A stretch of DNA of 64,000 bases from Octopus sinensis (GCF_006345805.1 NC_043001.1:125240001-125304000); one strand, 5' to 3'. Shown: positions 1 to 12,389, numbered from the stretch's first letter. Numbers and translations are program-made. The notes: generated from the letters alone by a model not told the origin.

Positions 1-762
1 AAGTAAATTATAGACAGTTATAATGGTTTTTAACATAGACACAGGCTTCAAATTTGGGAACAGAGGATATTTGATTATATCGACGATTACAGATAAGTTC
101 ACCGCCATCAATTTACCATGAGAAAAGTTCACCAGGAGGAAAGTTTACCAAGAAAATATATTTGTAGTACCATAAATCCTTGAATATAGTCCGCCCTTGA
201 GTATAATATGCAGGGGATTTTTAGGGGGCTGTACTTCTGAAAAACCTAAACCTTGTATATAATACGCACTCCTTCTCCAACCTATATAATGTCCTTGGTT
301 TGTAAAAATGTATACGGTAACGTCCTTTATTATTATTGTATATATAACATAATGCAAACGCGTGGCTTTTTTGTGCATTTTGTTTGCAGAAAATAAAGAA
401 ATAACAGTAATAACATTTAATAAATGTTGCTAACTGCAAGTTATGGATGATTTAAGGTATTTTCGCGCCCGACATCACAAAATGCGTCTGAATAAACATT
501 GCCGGACAGCAAATAGAGACTTGGACATTGCTTAGAAAATAATTTTCATTTTTAACCTCATATATAGTACGCACTAGGGATTTGGACCTTTAAATTTCGG
601 GAAACAAATGCAGATTATACTTGAGGATTTACAGTATCTCACCATTAATAATTAAAAGCTATTTTATTGAAAAAAAGGGTGATTTGATGATGGTGAACTT
701 TCCTTGCGATGAATTGATGATGGTGAACTTTCTGGATATGTATATCAACCTCAGTATTCTTT

Positions 763-1122
763 GGAAGCACTCCGTCGGTTACGACGACGAGGGTTCCGGT
801 TGATCCGAATCAACGGAACAGTGAAATTAACATGTAAGTGGCTGAGCACTCCACAGACACGTGTACCCTTAACGTAGTTCTCGGGGATATTCAGCGTGAC
901 ACAGAGAGTGACAAGGCCGGCCCTTTGAAATACAGGTACAACAGAAACAGGAAGTAAGAGTGAGAGAAAGTTGTAGTGAAAGAGTACAGCAGGGATCACC
1001 GCCATCCCTGCCAGAGCCTCGTGGAGCTTTAGGTGTTTTCGCTCAATAAACACTCACAACGCCCGGTCTGGGAATCGAAACCGCGAGTCTGCTGCCCTAA
1101 CCACTGGGCCATTGCGCCTCCA
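763..1122 (-). mobile_element. tRNA-derived SINE family C (GGAGGCGCAATGGCCCAGTGG head)
   Basis: A and B boxes on the minus strand; TSD ctcagtattct (750-760 and 1125-1135). Confidence 0.9.
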
Positions 1123-1612
1123 CTCTCAGTATTCTACTTGTAAAGTGTTTAAGTGTTTAAGGTAAATGGCTCACATTATTTTGTCACAGGTTTGATTCCT
1201 GGACTGAGCAGTGAATTTTATCTTTCAGCAAGGCATGTCATTTCATATTGCTCCATTCCACTCAACTGAGGTGGTGATGGTAGGGGTTAATTCTGTGGCA
1301 GTCAGCTTCACCTTCATCCTTTTGGGGTTGATAAATAAAGTGCCAGTCAAGTATTGAGGTGGAGACAAAGGTCTCCCACCTGGGCCCTTTAAAATTGCTA
1401 ACCTTGTGGCTAAATCAGAAACCATTTATCATTGGTATTATTACTGGTTATTGGAATGATGTGAACTGACAGAATCACTAGCATGCCAGACAAAATGTAT
1501 ATTGGCATTTCTTCTGGCTGTGCATTCTGACTTCAAATGCCATCAGAGTTTTGATGTACTGTTTTCTGCTACAACAACCTACTTGTCTAGGAGGCCCCAT
1601 AAAAAATCATGT

Positions 1613-1844
1613 ATTTATTTCTTTATTGCCCACAAGGGGCTAAACATAGAGGGGACAAACAAGGACAGACAAACAGATTAAGTCGATTACATCGACCCCA
1701 GTGCGTAACTGGTACTTAATTTATCGACCCCCGAAAGGATGAAAGGCAAAGTCAACCTCGGCGGAATTTGAACTCAGAACATAACGGCAGACGAAATATG
1801 GCTACGCATTTCGCCCGGCGTGCTAACGTTTCTGTCAGCTCGCC
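1613..1844 (-). mobile_element. tRNA-derived SINE family A (GGCGGCGAGCTGGCAGAA head)
   Basis: Core GTCGACTTTGCCTTTCATCCTTTCGGGGTCGATAAATTAAGTACCAG; many copies in the window. Confidence 0.88.
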
Positions 1845-2460
1845 ATATTGTCACCCTGGTGTGTCTGTGTCATAAGAAGCTTACTTCCCAACCACATCGT
1901 TTCAGGTTCGGTCCCACTGTATGGCACCTTAGGCAAATGTCTTCTACTATAGCCTTGTGCAGACCAAAGCCTTGTGAGTAGATTTGGTAGACAGAAACTG
2001 AAAGAAGCTTGTGTGTGTTTGTCCCCCACCACTGCTTGACTCTCTCGTAACTTAACAGTTCAGCAAAAGAGACCAATAGAATAAGTACTAGGCTTTAAAA
2101 AAAAAGGTCTTGAGGTCAATTTATTTGACTAAAACCTTTCAAGGTGGTGCTCTAACATGGCCATTTATCAAATGACTGAAGTAAGTAAAACTAAAAGGTA
2201 CATACAGCCAGCAGGTAAGCCACACATATTAACTATGCACAATCACACAAACATATTGGTTTTTATGCTTACAAATGTTTTACACCTTACTCTATTCACA
2301 GATTTACCCGCAAGCATTCAAAGCTCTTTTAGAACATTTATACACAGGTTGGTATACACTCTTTTAATGTAGCGAGTTGATAAAGCTGTTAAAGTATCAG
2401 CTAGAATATCATCCTGTATTCCTTTTTGGATCTCTGTACTCATCATTATTAGCATCACTA

Positions 2461-2694
2461 CCTATTTCTTTACTACCCACAAGGGGCTAAACACAGAGAG
2501 GACAAACAAGGACAGACAAACGGATTAAGTCGATTATATTGATCCCCAGTGCGTAACTGGTACTTAATTTATCGACCCCGAAAGGATGAAAGGCAAAGTC
2601 GACCTCGGCGGAATTTGAACTCAGAACGTAACAGCAGACGAAATACTGCTACGCATTTTGCCCGGCGTGCTAACGATTCTGCCAGCTCGCCGCC
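2461..2694 (-). mobile_element. SINE family A
   Basis: TSD ttagcatcactacc on both sides. Confidence 0.9.
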
Positions 2695-3800
2695 TTAGCA
2701 TCACTACCACCCACTGCCATCATCATTTAACACCTTTTTTCTATGCTGGCATGGGTTGGACAGTTTGACAGGGGCTGACTGTCTGAAGGGCTGTTCAGGT
2801 TCCATGTCCGTTTTGGCATGATTTCTATGGCTTGATGCCCTTCCTAATGCCAACCACTTTACAGAATCCACTGGCATGGGTGTTTTTTACATTGAAAAAA
2901 AATGGTGAATTGATGACATTGAACTTTCCTTGCAATGAATTGTTGATAGTGAACTTACTGGATATGTATATCAACCTCAGTATTGTACTTGTAAAGTGTT
3001 TAAGTGTTTAAGGTAATGGGCTCACATTATTTTGTCACAGGTTTGATTCCTTGACTGAGCAGTGAATTTTATCTTTCAACAAGGCATGTCATTTCACATT
3101 GCTCCATTCCACTCAACTGAGGTGGTGATGGTAGTCAAGACTATTGGAAAGGTTGCAAAACGCAACAAAAATTTTAGGAAATTAAAAATAAGAAATAAGT
3201 GGAAATTTTACCGGTGAGTGTGTTACATTATAAGGCACAAAAAGAAAATGACTCTCCCCAGACACGAGGTGACAATTTCTCCAGTATTTGTTCCAAGATA
3301 AAATGTACTTGGTCCACTCTGTAACTTGGTTGGTCACAGCTGGAAAACCTTTCATTATAAGGTCAGCTTTTGGTGGTAGATGGGCAGAATCATTAGAATT
3401 TGGACCAAAATGCTTTTGTGGTATTTGTTCTGGTGTTAAGTTTAAACCCTACTGGGGTCAATTTTGTCTTTTGTCCTTTTGAGGTTGATACAATAAAGTA
3501 CCAGACAAGTATCTGGGGTCAATTTAATCAACCAACTCCCTCTCTTAAAATTGTGCCTATATTAGAAACAGTTATAGGCTAACTTGTTCAGGGTTGGCCT
3601 GAAGCTACAGAACAGCATACAACAACATTATCCTTGTCATCACTGTCATTGCCTTCATCATCATCATCATCATTTGTAATTTCTTAAAACAAAATTATGA
3701 ATAATTTTCAATGTTTTCATTTGTTTTGTTTCTTTATCTTCTTTAATATTTCCACCACCACTCTCATCGCCATCGCCGCTACCATCTATTACCATAATAG

Positions 3801-3917
3801 ATACCTCAGAAATTGGTGTGGACTACGTCGATGACTATGTTCGTCTAGCAAGACACTGTAAACTCGATGCTTTAGAAGATGCCGTAAGCCGAAATCTCAG
3901 AAAGCTGTATAGCTATG
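3801..3917 (+). CDS. ABTB1: ABTB1 coding exon (end of first BTB/BACK-like region), phase 1-1
   Basis: Flanked by ...aatag and gtaagt; 117 nt. Encodes (D)TSEIGVDYVDDYVRLARHCKLDALEDAVSRNLRKLYSY, resembling human ABTB1 LDIGVEHVSDCERLAKQCQL. Phase joins the next exon in frame. Confidence 0.88.
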
Positions 3918-4184
3918 GTAAGTAGGATGATTAAAGTTCAGGTCTTTTCAACACTAACTGTGACAAATTTTTATTGCATTTCACATTCTTCTTTTGTTTA
4001 TCTTTTCCTGATTTCACTCATTAGAATCCAGTTATGCAGGGGTACCACCTTCAGGGATTTTACTCAGTTATATTGCCACCACCACCAGTAGTAGTAGTAG
4101 TAGTAGCAGCAGCAGTAGCAGTGGTAGTAGTAGTAGTAGTAGTAGTAGTAAGGCATTATTGTCTTAAATCCTTGGACTCACCAT

Positions 4185-5235
4185 AATCAACTGCTACAAA
4201 GGTAAAGGCGATGCTTTAGATAGAAATAGCTACAGGGGTATCAAATTTCTAGATCAGGTGATGAAAGTCACTGAAAGGGTTATAGCCTAACTAATCAGGG
4301 AGAGAGTTAGCCTAGATGAGATGCAGTTTGGTTTTGTGCCAGGCAGAAGTACCAGTGGTGCTATATTTCTGGTAAGGCAACTGCAGGAGAAATACCTAGC
4401 CAAAGATAAACCTCTGCACTTGACTTTTGTTGACTTCGAGAAAGCCTTTGACAGAGTCCCCCAATCTCTTATCTGGTGGTCCATGAGGAAAGTAGGGATA
4501 GACGAGTGGTTGGTAAGAGTTGTACAAGCCCTATACGGGGATACTGTCAGTAAGGTGAGGGTTGGCAACAAGTATAGTGAAGAATTCCAGGTAGAAGTAT
4601 GGGTTCACCAAGGATCAGTCCTCAGCCCCCTCTTATTCATCATAGTCCTCCAGGCAATAACAGAGGAATTCAAGACAGGCTGCCCCTGGGAGCTCCTCTA
4701 TGTTGATGACTTTGCTCTAATTGCTGAGTCACTACCAGAACTAGAGATGAAGTTTCAGGTGTGGAAGCAAGATCTAGAATCAAAGGGTCTTAGAGTCAAT
4801 CTAGCGAAAACCAAAGTCCTAGTAAGTAGGAAGGGAGACAAATCACAAATCCCTTCAGGGAGATGCCCTGCTTGATCTGTAGAAAAGACGTAGGTAGAAA
4901 CTCCATAAGATGTATGCAGTGCAAGCTATGGACACATAAGAGGTGCAGCAATATGAAAGGAAGGTTAACCGGGAAGATAGTTTTTGTGTGTGGCAGATGC
5001 ACAGGGACAATAAACACTGAAGATGTACAGAAAAAGATTCCCTCACATGCCAGGGGAAAAAACTAGAAGTAGTTGATAGCTTCTGTTACCTAGGTGACTA
5101 AAGTCAGTAGTGGGGGTGGATGCTCTGAGAGCATAGCCTGGGTAAAGTTCAGACAGCCCCTATCTCTGCTGGCAACAAAGGGCCTTTCACTCAGAGTGAA
5201 AGGTAGACTGTATGAAGCATGTGTGTGATGTATAT
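4185..5235 (+). mobile_element. RTE-clade LINE fragment (RT domain plus PHD-like Cys-rich insert)
   Basis: QFGFVPGRSTSGAIFLVRQLQEKY, FVDFEKAFDRVP, HQGSVLSPLLF and YVDD RT motifs; frameshifted downstream; broken by (TA)n. Confidence 0.92.
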
Positions 5236-5383
5236 ATATGTATATGTTTCTGTATATATATATATGTATATGTATATATGTATATATATATATATATATT
5301 AGTTCCATATCCTACCCACCTCTCCAACATTGTATCTTTTTTGTCTTACATTACCTTACTTGTTTATTTTTGTATATTGACAG

Positions 5384-5508
5384 TTTCTTCAAAGCCTTGT
5401 ATCAAAATAACAACCATAACCGTGGAGTGTGAATCGGTTACACAGAACTTACAAACTGACTTTCTCAAACTGGCCAACGCAACTCAGCCTCATGAACTTG
5501 GTTCTTGG
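5384..5508 (+). CDS. ABTB1: ABTB1 coding exon (inter-BTB linker), phase 1-0
   Basis: Flanked by ttgacag and gtaagt. Encodes VSSKPCIKITTITVECESVTQNLQTDFLKLANATQPHELGSW, resembling human VASKPGTCVKVLTIE...LADCALP. Confidence 0.9.
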
Positions 5509-6069
5509 GTAAGTAACAAAGTTTTAACGTTTTTTGAAGTATAGACTTTCTCTAGAATATTTTATTACTAAAGCAATTTCCAATGGCATGAAAACAGCCC
5601 CTCAGTACACGATGTAGAATGGTTAGCATCAGTAAGGGCATCTAGCTGTTGAAACCATCTGTTGAAGCAGGCACTGGAGAACAGTTCAGTCCATCAGATC
5701 CTGTCAAACCATCGTACATGGACTATGGATGTTAAATGTTGATTATGGCATAAAGGACCAGATTAATTCTATGTAGTTGTTTCTTTTAGCCCTGTGTCAG
5801 TCTTGGTTGAGTAGACTTGTATTAAAAGGCATTGAAGTTGTGACCATCCTTGTCATAAAGCACTTTACAGTACCAGTTTCTTCTCTCACACCTCTGAACT
5901 TTGGAATTCATTTCCACAGTCTTGTTTTCCGCTTCAATATTACCTCCAGTCTTTTAAGTCTAATGTACATCGTCACACATTGGCTTTTGTCTAGCGTCTA
6001 TTTTATTCTAGTAGCTCTTACATTTTCAGTGGTCTAAGGACCTTGTAACGAGCAAATGCTTAAAAAAAA

Positions 6070-7350
6070 GGAAGGCTAACTAGGAAGATGGTTTTTGTAT
6101 GTGGCAGATGCTCGGGAGCATTAACCTCTGAAAATCTGCAGAAAACAACTTCCGTCACTTTCCAGGGGGAAAAACTAGAAGTAGTTGATAGCTTCCGTTG
6201 TCTTGGTGACCAAGTCAGTAGTGGGGGTGGGTGTGCTGAAAGTGTAACGGCTAGAGTAAAAATAGCCTGGGCAAAGTTTAGGGAGCTCTTACCTCTGCTG
6301 GTGACTAAAAGCCTCTCGCTCAGAGTAAAAGGCAGACTGTATGATGCATGTGTACGAACAGCCATGCTACATGGCAGTGAAACATGGGCCGTGACTGCTG
6401 AGGACATGCGTAAGCTCGCGAGAAATGAAGCCAGTATGCTCCGATGGATGTGTAATGTCAGTGTGCATGCTCGACAGAGCGTTAGTACCCTGAGAGAAAT
6501 GTTGGACCTAAGGTGCATCAGTTGTGGTGTGCAAGAGAGACGATTGCGCTGGTATAGTCATGTGGCGAGAATGGATGAAGATAGGTGTGTGAAAAAGTGC
6601 CAATCCCTAACAGTGGAGGGAACCTGTGGAAGAGGTAGACCCAGGAAAACTTGGGACAAGGTGGTGAAGCACGACCTTCGAACTTTAGGTCTCACTGAGG
6701 AAATGACCAGCGACCGAGACCTTTGGAAATATGCTGTGCGTGAAAAGACCAGGCAGGACAAGTGAGTCCAGCCCACTTATGCATGCCTTTCCTCCCTTGG
6801 ACACACAAAGACCTGTTGAGGCAAGCGAAGTCGATATTGAACCTCATCCGACGACAGGCACCTTTGCTTGCGAAGACCTGTTGGGGCAAGTGAAATCGGT
6901 ATCGAAATTGAACCAATCCTATGACTGGCACCCAGCAGATGCCAGGACCCCTGGACTGGAGATACGTAAAAAGCACTATCCGAATCGTGGCCGATGCCAG
7001 CACCGCCTCGACTGGCTTCCGTGTTGGTGGCACGTAAAGAGCACCATCCGAATCGTGGCCAAAGCCAGTGCCGCCTCGACTGGCTTCCGTGCAGGTGGCA
7101 CGTAAAATGTACCAATCCGACCGTGGCCGATGCCAGCCTCACCTGGCACCAGTGCAGGTGGCACGTAAAAAGCACCCACTACACTCACGGAGTGGTTGGC
7201 GTTAGGAAGGGCATCCAGCTGTAGAAACATTGCCAGATAAGACCGGAGCCTGGTGCAGCCTTCTGGCTTCCCAGATCCCCGGTCGAACCGTCCAACCCAT
7301 GCTAGCATGGAGAACGGACGTTAAACGATGATGATGATGATGATGATGAA
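6070..7350 (+). mobile_element. 5'-truncated RTE LINE: thumb ORF, 3' UTR and (ATG)n tail
   Basis: ORF 6088-6765 contains LHGSETWA, RRLRWYSHV and GRGRPRKTW; followed by a 3' UTR ending in a gatgatgat tail. Confidence 0.92.
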
Positions 7351-7421
7351 GTCATTTAAAATATTTAATTAGAGTTAGGTGAACTTGAAGTAATTAATTA
7401 ATTAATTAATTAATTATTGGA

Positions 7422-7500
7422 TGTTTTACAGCTGTTTCTGGGATATCCCAAGTGATAGGTTGGTATCTCCATACACTTGGTGTTCCATCATCAGACGCAA
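7422..7500 (-). ncRNA. Minimal type-I hammerhead ribozyme motif (long stem II, weak stem I)
   Basis: Minus strand reads CUGAUGA-UGG..CCAAGUG/CACUUGG..CCA-GAA-ACAGCUGU-A: palindromic stem III and GUA cleavage triplet. Confidence 0.6.
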
Positions 7501-7510
7501 GGTGGAGTCT

Positions 7511-7901
7511 CTCTTTTACTCTTTACTCTTTTACTTGTTTCAGTCATTTGACTGCGGCCATGCTGGAGCACCGCCTATAGTCGAGCAAATCGACCCCGAG
7601 ACTTATTCTTTGTAAGCCCAGTACTTATTCTATCGGTCTCTTTTGCCGAACCGCTAAGTGACGGGGACGTAAACACACCAGCATCGGTTGTCAAGCAATG
7701 CTAGGGGCACACACAAACACACATATATATATATACATATATACGACAGGCTTCTTTCAGTTTCCGTCTACCAAATCCACTCACAAGGCATTGGTCGGCC
7801 CGGGGCTATAGCAGAAGACACTTGCCCAAGATTCCACGCAGTGGGACTGAACCCGGAACCATGTGGTTGGTTAGCAAGCTACTTACCACACAGCCACTCC
7901 T
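7511..7901 (-). mobile_element. tRNA-derived SINE family B (GGCGCAGGAGTGGCTGTGTGG head, internal TA/TG microsatellite, AAAGAGT tail)
   Basis: Full-length copy. Others at about 1885-2180, 8344-8852, 20595-20920, 28015-28190, 51947-52266, 53785-54370 and 62775-63060. Confidence 0.9.
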
Positions 7902-8423
7902 GTGTGAAAGTTCCAGGCAGGGAAATTCACAGATTATACGGGAATAAAATTGTAGATGGAAGAATAAAGAGTAAAAAGACATTCAGTAATGAACAGAGGG
8001 AAAGTCTTTCAGGTGTTTATGTTTTCCTTCTGGGAGTTCTAGAATGATTGAGTGTTAGTTCTCTCTTCTTTTCCCCCACCCCATTACTTATTCGTCTTCT
8101 TTGATAGTTCTTCATGTTTTTTTCAGTTGTGGGGAAAGACCATGTTTTTTTCAGGCATGTTTAACATTTTCTCTACAAACTACAAGACGTCTTTTTTTTT
8201 TTCATACAAAAACTAATGCAAATTTCAAACAGGGTATAGCTGTGAAAAGAGCCCAGAAAAATGGGTAATACCCACTACGAAATGGGTGGGGGAGAAAAGT
8301 TGCCAACAGGTGGCTACACGAAATTCAACTCTATACTTTAAAGAGTGTCTTCTACTATAGCCTCGGGCTGACCAAAGCCTCATGAGTGGATTTGGTAGAC
8401 GGAAACTGAAAGAAGCCCATCAT

Positions 8424-8469
<46 letters not shown>

Positions 8470-8854
8470 TAATAAAGATTTTAGAAATTTTTACTACCAG
8501 TGGCCTAGCGTATTGAAAAATTAGTCAATAGACTATATATTATTCATATAAAATATAGTGTACATTTAAACACACCTCTTAATGTGTTTAAATGTACACT
8601 GTATTTTATATATATATATATATATGTGTGTGTTTGTGTCTGTGTTTGTTCCCCCACCATCATTGCTTGACAACCGATGTTGGTGTGTTTGCATCCCCGT
8701 AACTTAGCTATTCGGCACTAGAGACTGATAGAATAAACACCGGGCTTACAGGGAATAAGTCCAGGAGTCGATTTCTTCGACTAAGGGCGGTGCTCCAGCA
8801 TGGCCACCATCAAATGACAGAAACGAATAAAAGAATAGAAGAATAAAAGAATAC

Positions 8855-9316
8855 CAGAAGAACGTTCCGTGCCACTAAACCAAGAAGGTTTTGTCTTATG
8901 AAGAAAGGCTGAAGACGCTCGACCTTTATTCTCTAGAAAAACGACGACACCGTGGTGATCTCATTCTTGCTCACAACATCATAAGTGGAAAGTGTAACCT
9001 CTCGAAAGAGCTGTTCTTCACTCCTGCTCCAGAGCATAGGCTGCGGGGTCACTCCGAAAAGCTCTATCTGCGACGATTTCATCTCAATCGAAAGAGAGGG
9101 GCTTTCTCCGTCCGGGTTGCGGATCCGTGGAATAAGCTGCCAGATGAGATAGTGAAGATGCCAACGACCGCTCAGTTCAAAGTCTCTCTTGACCAGAAAT
9201 GGCCTGAACTCTTTGCATGAACACCTTCCCTGTACATAATTCCATGTCCCCCCTACATGGCCTTGCTTTTTGCTTTTTGAGCCAAAAAATTAACTTAGCT
9301 TAACTTAACTTAACTT
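8855..9316 (+). mobile_element. CR1-group LINE 3' fragment
   Basis: SYEERLKTLDLYSLEKRRHRGDLI...FSVRVADPWNKLP; (TTAAC)n tail. Confidence 0.88.
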
Positions 9317-9977
9317 ATATGTATGATGTATTTTAAGGCTAATGTCTGTGTACATTTGTATAACTGAGATATTTTGGTTGGATTATATAGTTATCTGTTT
9401 TACACTTCTTTCTGTATTCTGTAAGTGTCACAATATAGAAACATTTCTCATGGCAGCTGCACACAATTTACAAATGCTTACATTTTTTTATGTTTACCAT
9501 GAATTTTTCACAGGTCCAGCTAGTATTATATTAATCTGCTTGAAGCTGGTAATTTTTATAAGCCTAAATTTTCAGTGTCATCATCATCATCATCATCATC
9601 GTTTAACGTCCGCTTTCCATGCTAGCATGGGTTGGACGGTTCAACTGGGGTCTGGGAAGCCCGAAGGCTGCACCAGGCCAGTCAGATGTGGCAGTGTTTC
9701 TACAGCTGGATGCCCTTCCTAACGCCAACCACTCCGAGAGTGTAGTGGGTGATTTTATGTGCCACCGACACAGGTGCCAGACGAGGCTGGCAGACGGCCA
9801 CGCTCGGATGGTGTTTTTTATGTGCCACCGACACAGGTGCCAGACGAGGCTAAAACCACCCCCATTTTCTAATCTAATTTGAATGCAATTTAGAATGGTA
9901 ATGTGTTGATGATGATGATGACAGTTGTGGTAATGATAATGATGTTAAAGTATACAGCACAAATTTCTATTTTGTAG

Positions 9978-10070
9978 CCAATTAGGGAACTACCATTTGA
10001 TCCTGAATATCCCAGCATGTTTGCAGATATAGGATTTATAGTGGAAGGTTATCGCTTTTTAGGTCATAAG
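9978..10070 (+). CDS. ABTB1: ABTB1 coding exon (start of second BTB), phase 0-0
   Basis: Flanked by ttttgtag and gtaagt; 93 nt. Encodes PIRELPFDPEYPSMFADIGFIVEGYRFLGHK, resembling human ELPF...PDICFRVAGCSFLCHK. Confidence 0.92.
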
Positions 10071-10257
10071 GTAAGTTAACCTATTTTGTTTCTGCTTTCA
10101 TTAACAGAATTATAATACCACTGATACATGATGTATAAATTCCAATCCTCCCAATTGTGTTAACAACCATTTAGTATTCTTCCTGGTCAGTTTCTGTCAA
10201 ACTGTCCAACCCATGCCAGCATGGAAGGTGGATGTTAAACGATGAGGATAATGATGA

Positions 10258-10815
10258 TTATCATCATCGTTTAGCGTCCGCTTTCCATGCTAGCATGGGT
10301 TGGACGGTTCAACTGGGGTCTGGGAAGCCAGAAGGCTGCACCAGGCCCAGTTTGATCTGGCAATGTTTCTATGGCTGGATGCCCTTCCTAATGCCAACCA
10401 CTCCGTGAGTGTAGTGGGTGTTTTTTACGTGCCACAGGCACGGGTGCCAGACGAGGCTGGCAAACGGCCACAATCGGATGGTTTTTTTTCATGTGCCACT
10501 GGCACGGGTGCCAGACGAGGCTGGCAAATGGCCACGATTGGATGGGGTTTTTTTTATGTGCCACCGGCACAGGTGCCAGATGAGGCTGGCAAATGGCCAC
10601 GATCGGAAGGTGCTTTTCACGTGCCACTGGCACAGGGGCCAGGCGAGGCTGGCAATGGCCATGATCGGATGGTGCTTTTTACATGCCACCGGCACGGGGG
10701 CCAGGCGAGGCTGGCAACGGCCACGATCGGATGATGCTTTTTACGCGCCACCGGCACGAGGCCAGTCAGGGCGGCGCTAGCAACGGCCATGTTTGGATGG
10801 TTCATGATGATGATG
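10258..10815 (-). mobile_element. RTE 3'-UTR-only insertion with an expanded array of about 52-bp units
   Basis: Matches the 3' UTR of LINE 6070-7350. Similar tails at about 2715-2885, 9578-9855, 27690-27990, 32265-32525, 32545-33060, 35478-35640 and 37935-38325. Confidence 0.85.
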
Positions 10816-11519
10816 ATTATTCTGTCAAACATGAATTTTATTTATTCACATTGTTTTGAATTAATCATGTATTATCTCATATCTTCAAGATTTTGATGAT
10901 GTGATTGTTTATTCTTTTAGAATGACATCTTAGGGTAGGTATGAGAAACTGAATCTGGCCAGTTTAACCATGAAACAAGTAGAATTTTAGGGCCTGATGT
11001 GGCTAGTTCAAATATTAAAGAGTTAAATGGTATAATACAAGGGTAGGCCTGAAAAGTTCATAGGCTGACTATGAAGGAGTGTTGCTAGAGCTGTGAAACC
11101 TTGCATACATTAATTTTAAATCTTCTTATTAATAACTCCATTGTTTCTTTCTTAGTTGTACAAAATTTATGTGAAGTCTCCGGACTTTAGCATCAAAGGT
11201 GATCGCCTAGTTCACCTGGTGCACAGTGCAGGTGTTGATGACGAGTTGCTTACAGACATTTCTATTTTTAATGCTAACCTCCTGCAGAATCAGTGTGGCA
11301 ATGTGTGACAGTGCAGTTCACTCCATCCAATGGGATTCTATGCAGTTTCCATATCCCATTGTATTAGGTAGCTGAGAATTCCTCAGAAACTTGTACCCCT
11401 AACATAATTCTAAAACTGAATCAATGTGACAATATGTGTTATAAAGTAAGCATTTTGGATTACATTAAAGCCTATCCAATGTATTTCTGTACAATTTCTT
11501 TCCACTGAAATTCACTTTA

Positions 11520-11720
11520 TCATCATCATCATTGTTCGACCGTGGTCGAGACAATGGAATTTACCATGCTACGCCAAACTTCACGGTCCATCATAGCATT
11601 ACGGAGGTCCTGTTGCTGGATGCCTGTATCCCTGGAGATTACATCAGGATAGGAGAGTGTGCGCCCTCTGGTATTGTGAGTAGATGGCTTCCAGAGGAGG
11701 AGAGTAGAAATTGCCTCGTT
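11520..11720 (-). mobile_element. 3' end of a second RTE-like LINE family
   Basis: Minus strand encodes DTGIQQQDLRNAMMDREVWRSMVNSIVSTTVEQ* followed by (ATG)n. Confidence 0.65.
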
Positions 11721-11990
11721 TTCACTTTATAGGCTGTGACCAACCCAAAGCTAAAGTCGAAGAAAAGACAATTTCCTAAGGTGTCAGACAATGAGTTAGA
11801 ATCTAGAATCTTATAATAGTGTAGGGTATGTGTAAGTGGTTGGACTCAACCAGTTTGAACAGAAAATGGGTAGAATATCTGGGCTTTATATGCCCAAATT
11901 AAGTGCCAAAGTAGAAGTTAGACAATTTCCTAAGGTGTCAGACAATGGGTTAGAACCTAGAATCACATGATTGCAAAGAGAATATCTTAA

Positions 11991-12150
11991 CCCTTTAGCA
12001 TTCAGATTATTCTGTCAAATGGAAGCTTTTTTTATTCACATTGTTTTGAATCAGTCGTGTTATCTCAGAGCTTAAAGATTTCTATGTGTGATGCTTATCT
12101 TTAGAATGAACAGAAAATGGGCAAAATATTTGGTTCTAGATGCTAAAGGG
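11991..12150. mobile_element. MITE with CCCTTTAGCA terminal inverted repeats (TTAA-type target)
   Basis: TTAA|CCCTTTAGCA...TGCTAAAGGG|TTAC; related copy at about 10820-11025. Confidence 0.6.
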
Positions 12151-12177
12151 TTACTCTTACATCAATGCACATACATA

Positions 12178-12389
12178 TACTCTTTACTTTTTTACTTGTT
12201 TCAGTCATTTGACTGCAGCCATGCTGGAGCACCGCCTTTAGTCAAGCAAATCGACCCCGGGACTTATTCTTTTGTAAGCCCAGTACTTATTCTATCTGTC
12301 TCTTTTGCCGAACTGCTAAGTGATGGGGACGTAAACACACCAGCATCGGTCGTCAAGCAATGCTAGGGGGACAACACAGACACACAAAC

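Noticed and set aside
461-472. E2F-like TTTTCGCGCCC motif (and GC-rich cgcgcgccgccgcc at about 48369)
   Set aside because: Isolated short motifs with no evidence of a nearby transcription start or gene.
1050-1122. tRNA gene-like sequence (also heads at 33680-33746, 49590-49651 and 59181-59255)
   Set aside because: These are SINE heads: A and B boxes are present but the acceptor stem is not closed and the sequence continues into a repeat body.
1-3800. Upstream ABTB1 exons (ankyrin repeats, first BTB)
   Set aside because: No matching peptide with splice sites was found; these exons lie before the window.
7688-8047. Recurrent ORFs such as MSSNARGT..., MVSFAELLS... and MNSERN...
   Set aside because: They arise from SINE consensus sequence at many loci and are not genes.
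10300-10832. CRISPR-like regularly spaced palindromic repeats and overlapping ORFs
   Set aside because: Whole units repeat with no unique spacers, there are no cas genes, the context is eukaryotic, and the sequence matches the RTE 3' UTR.
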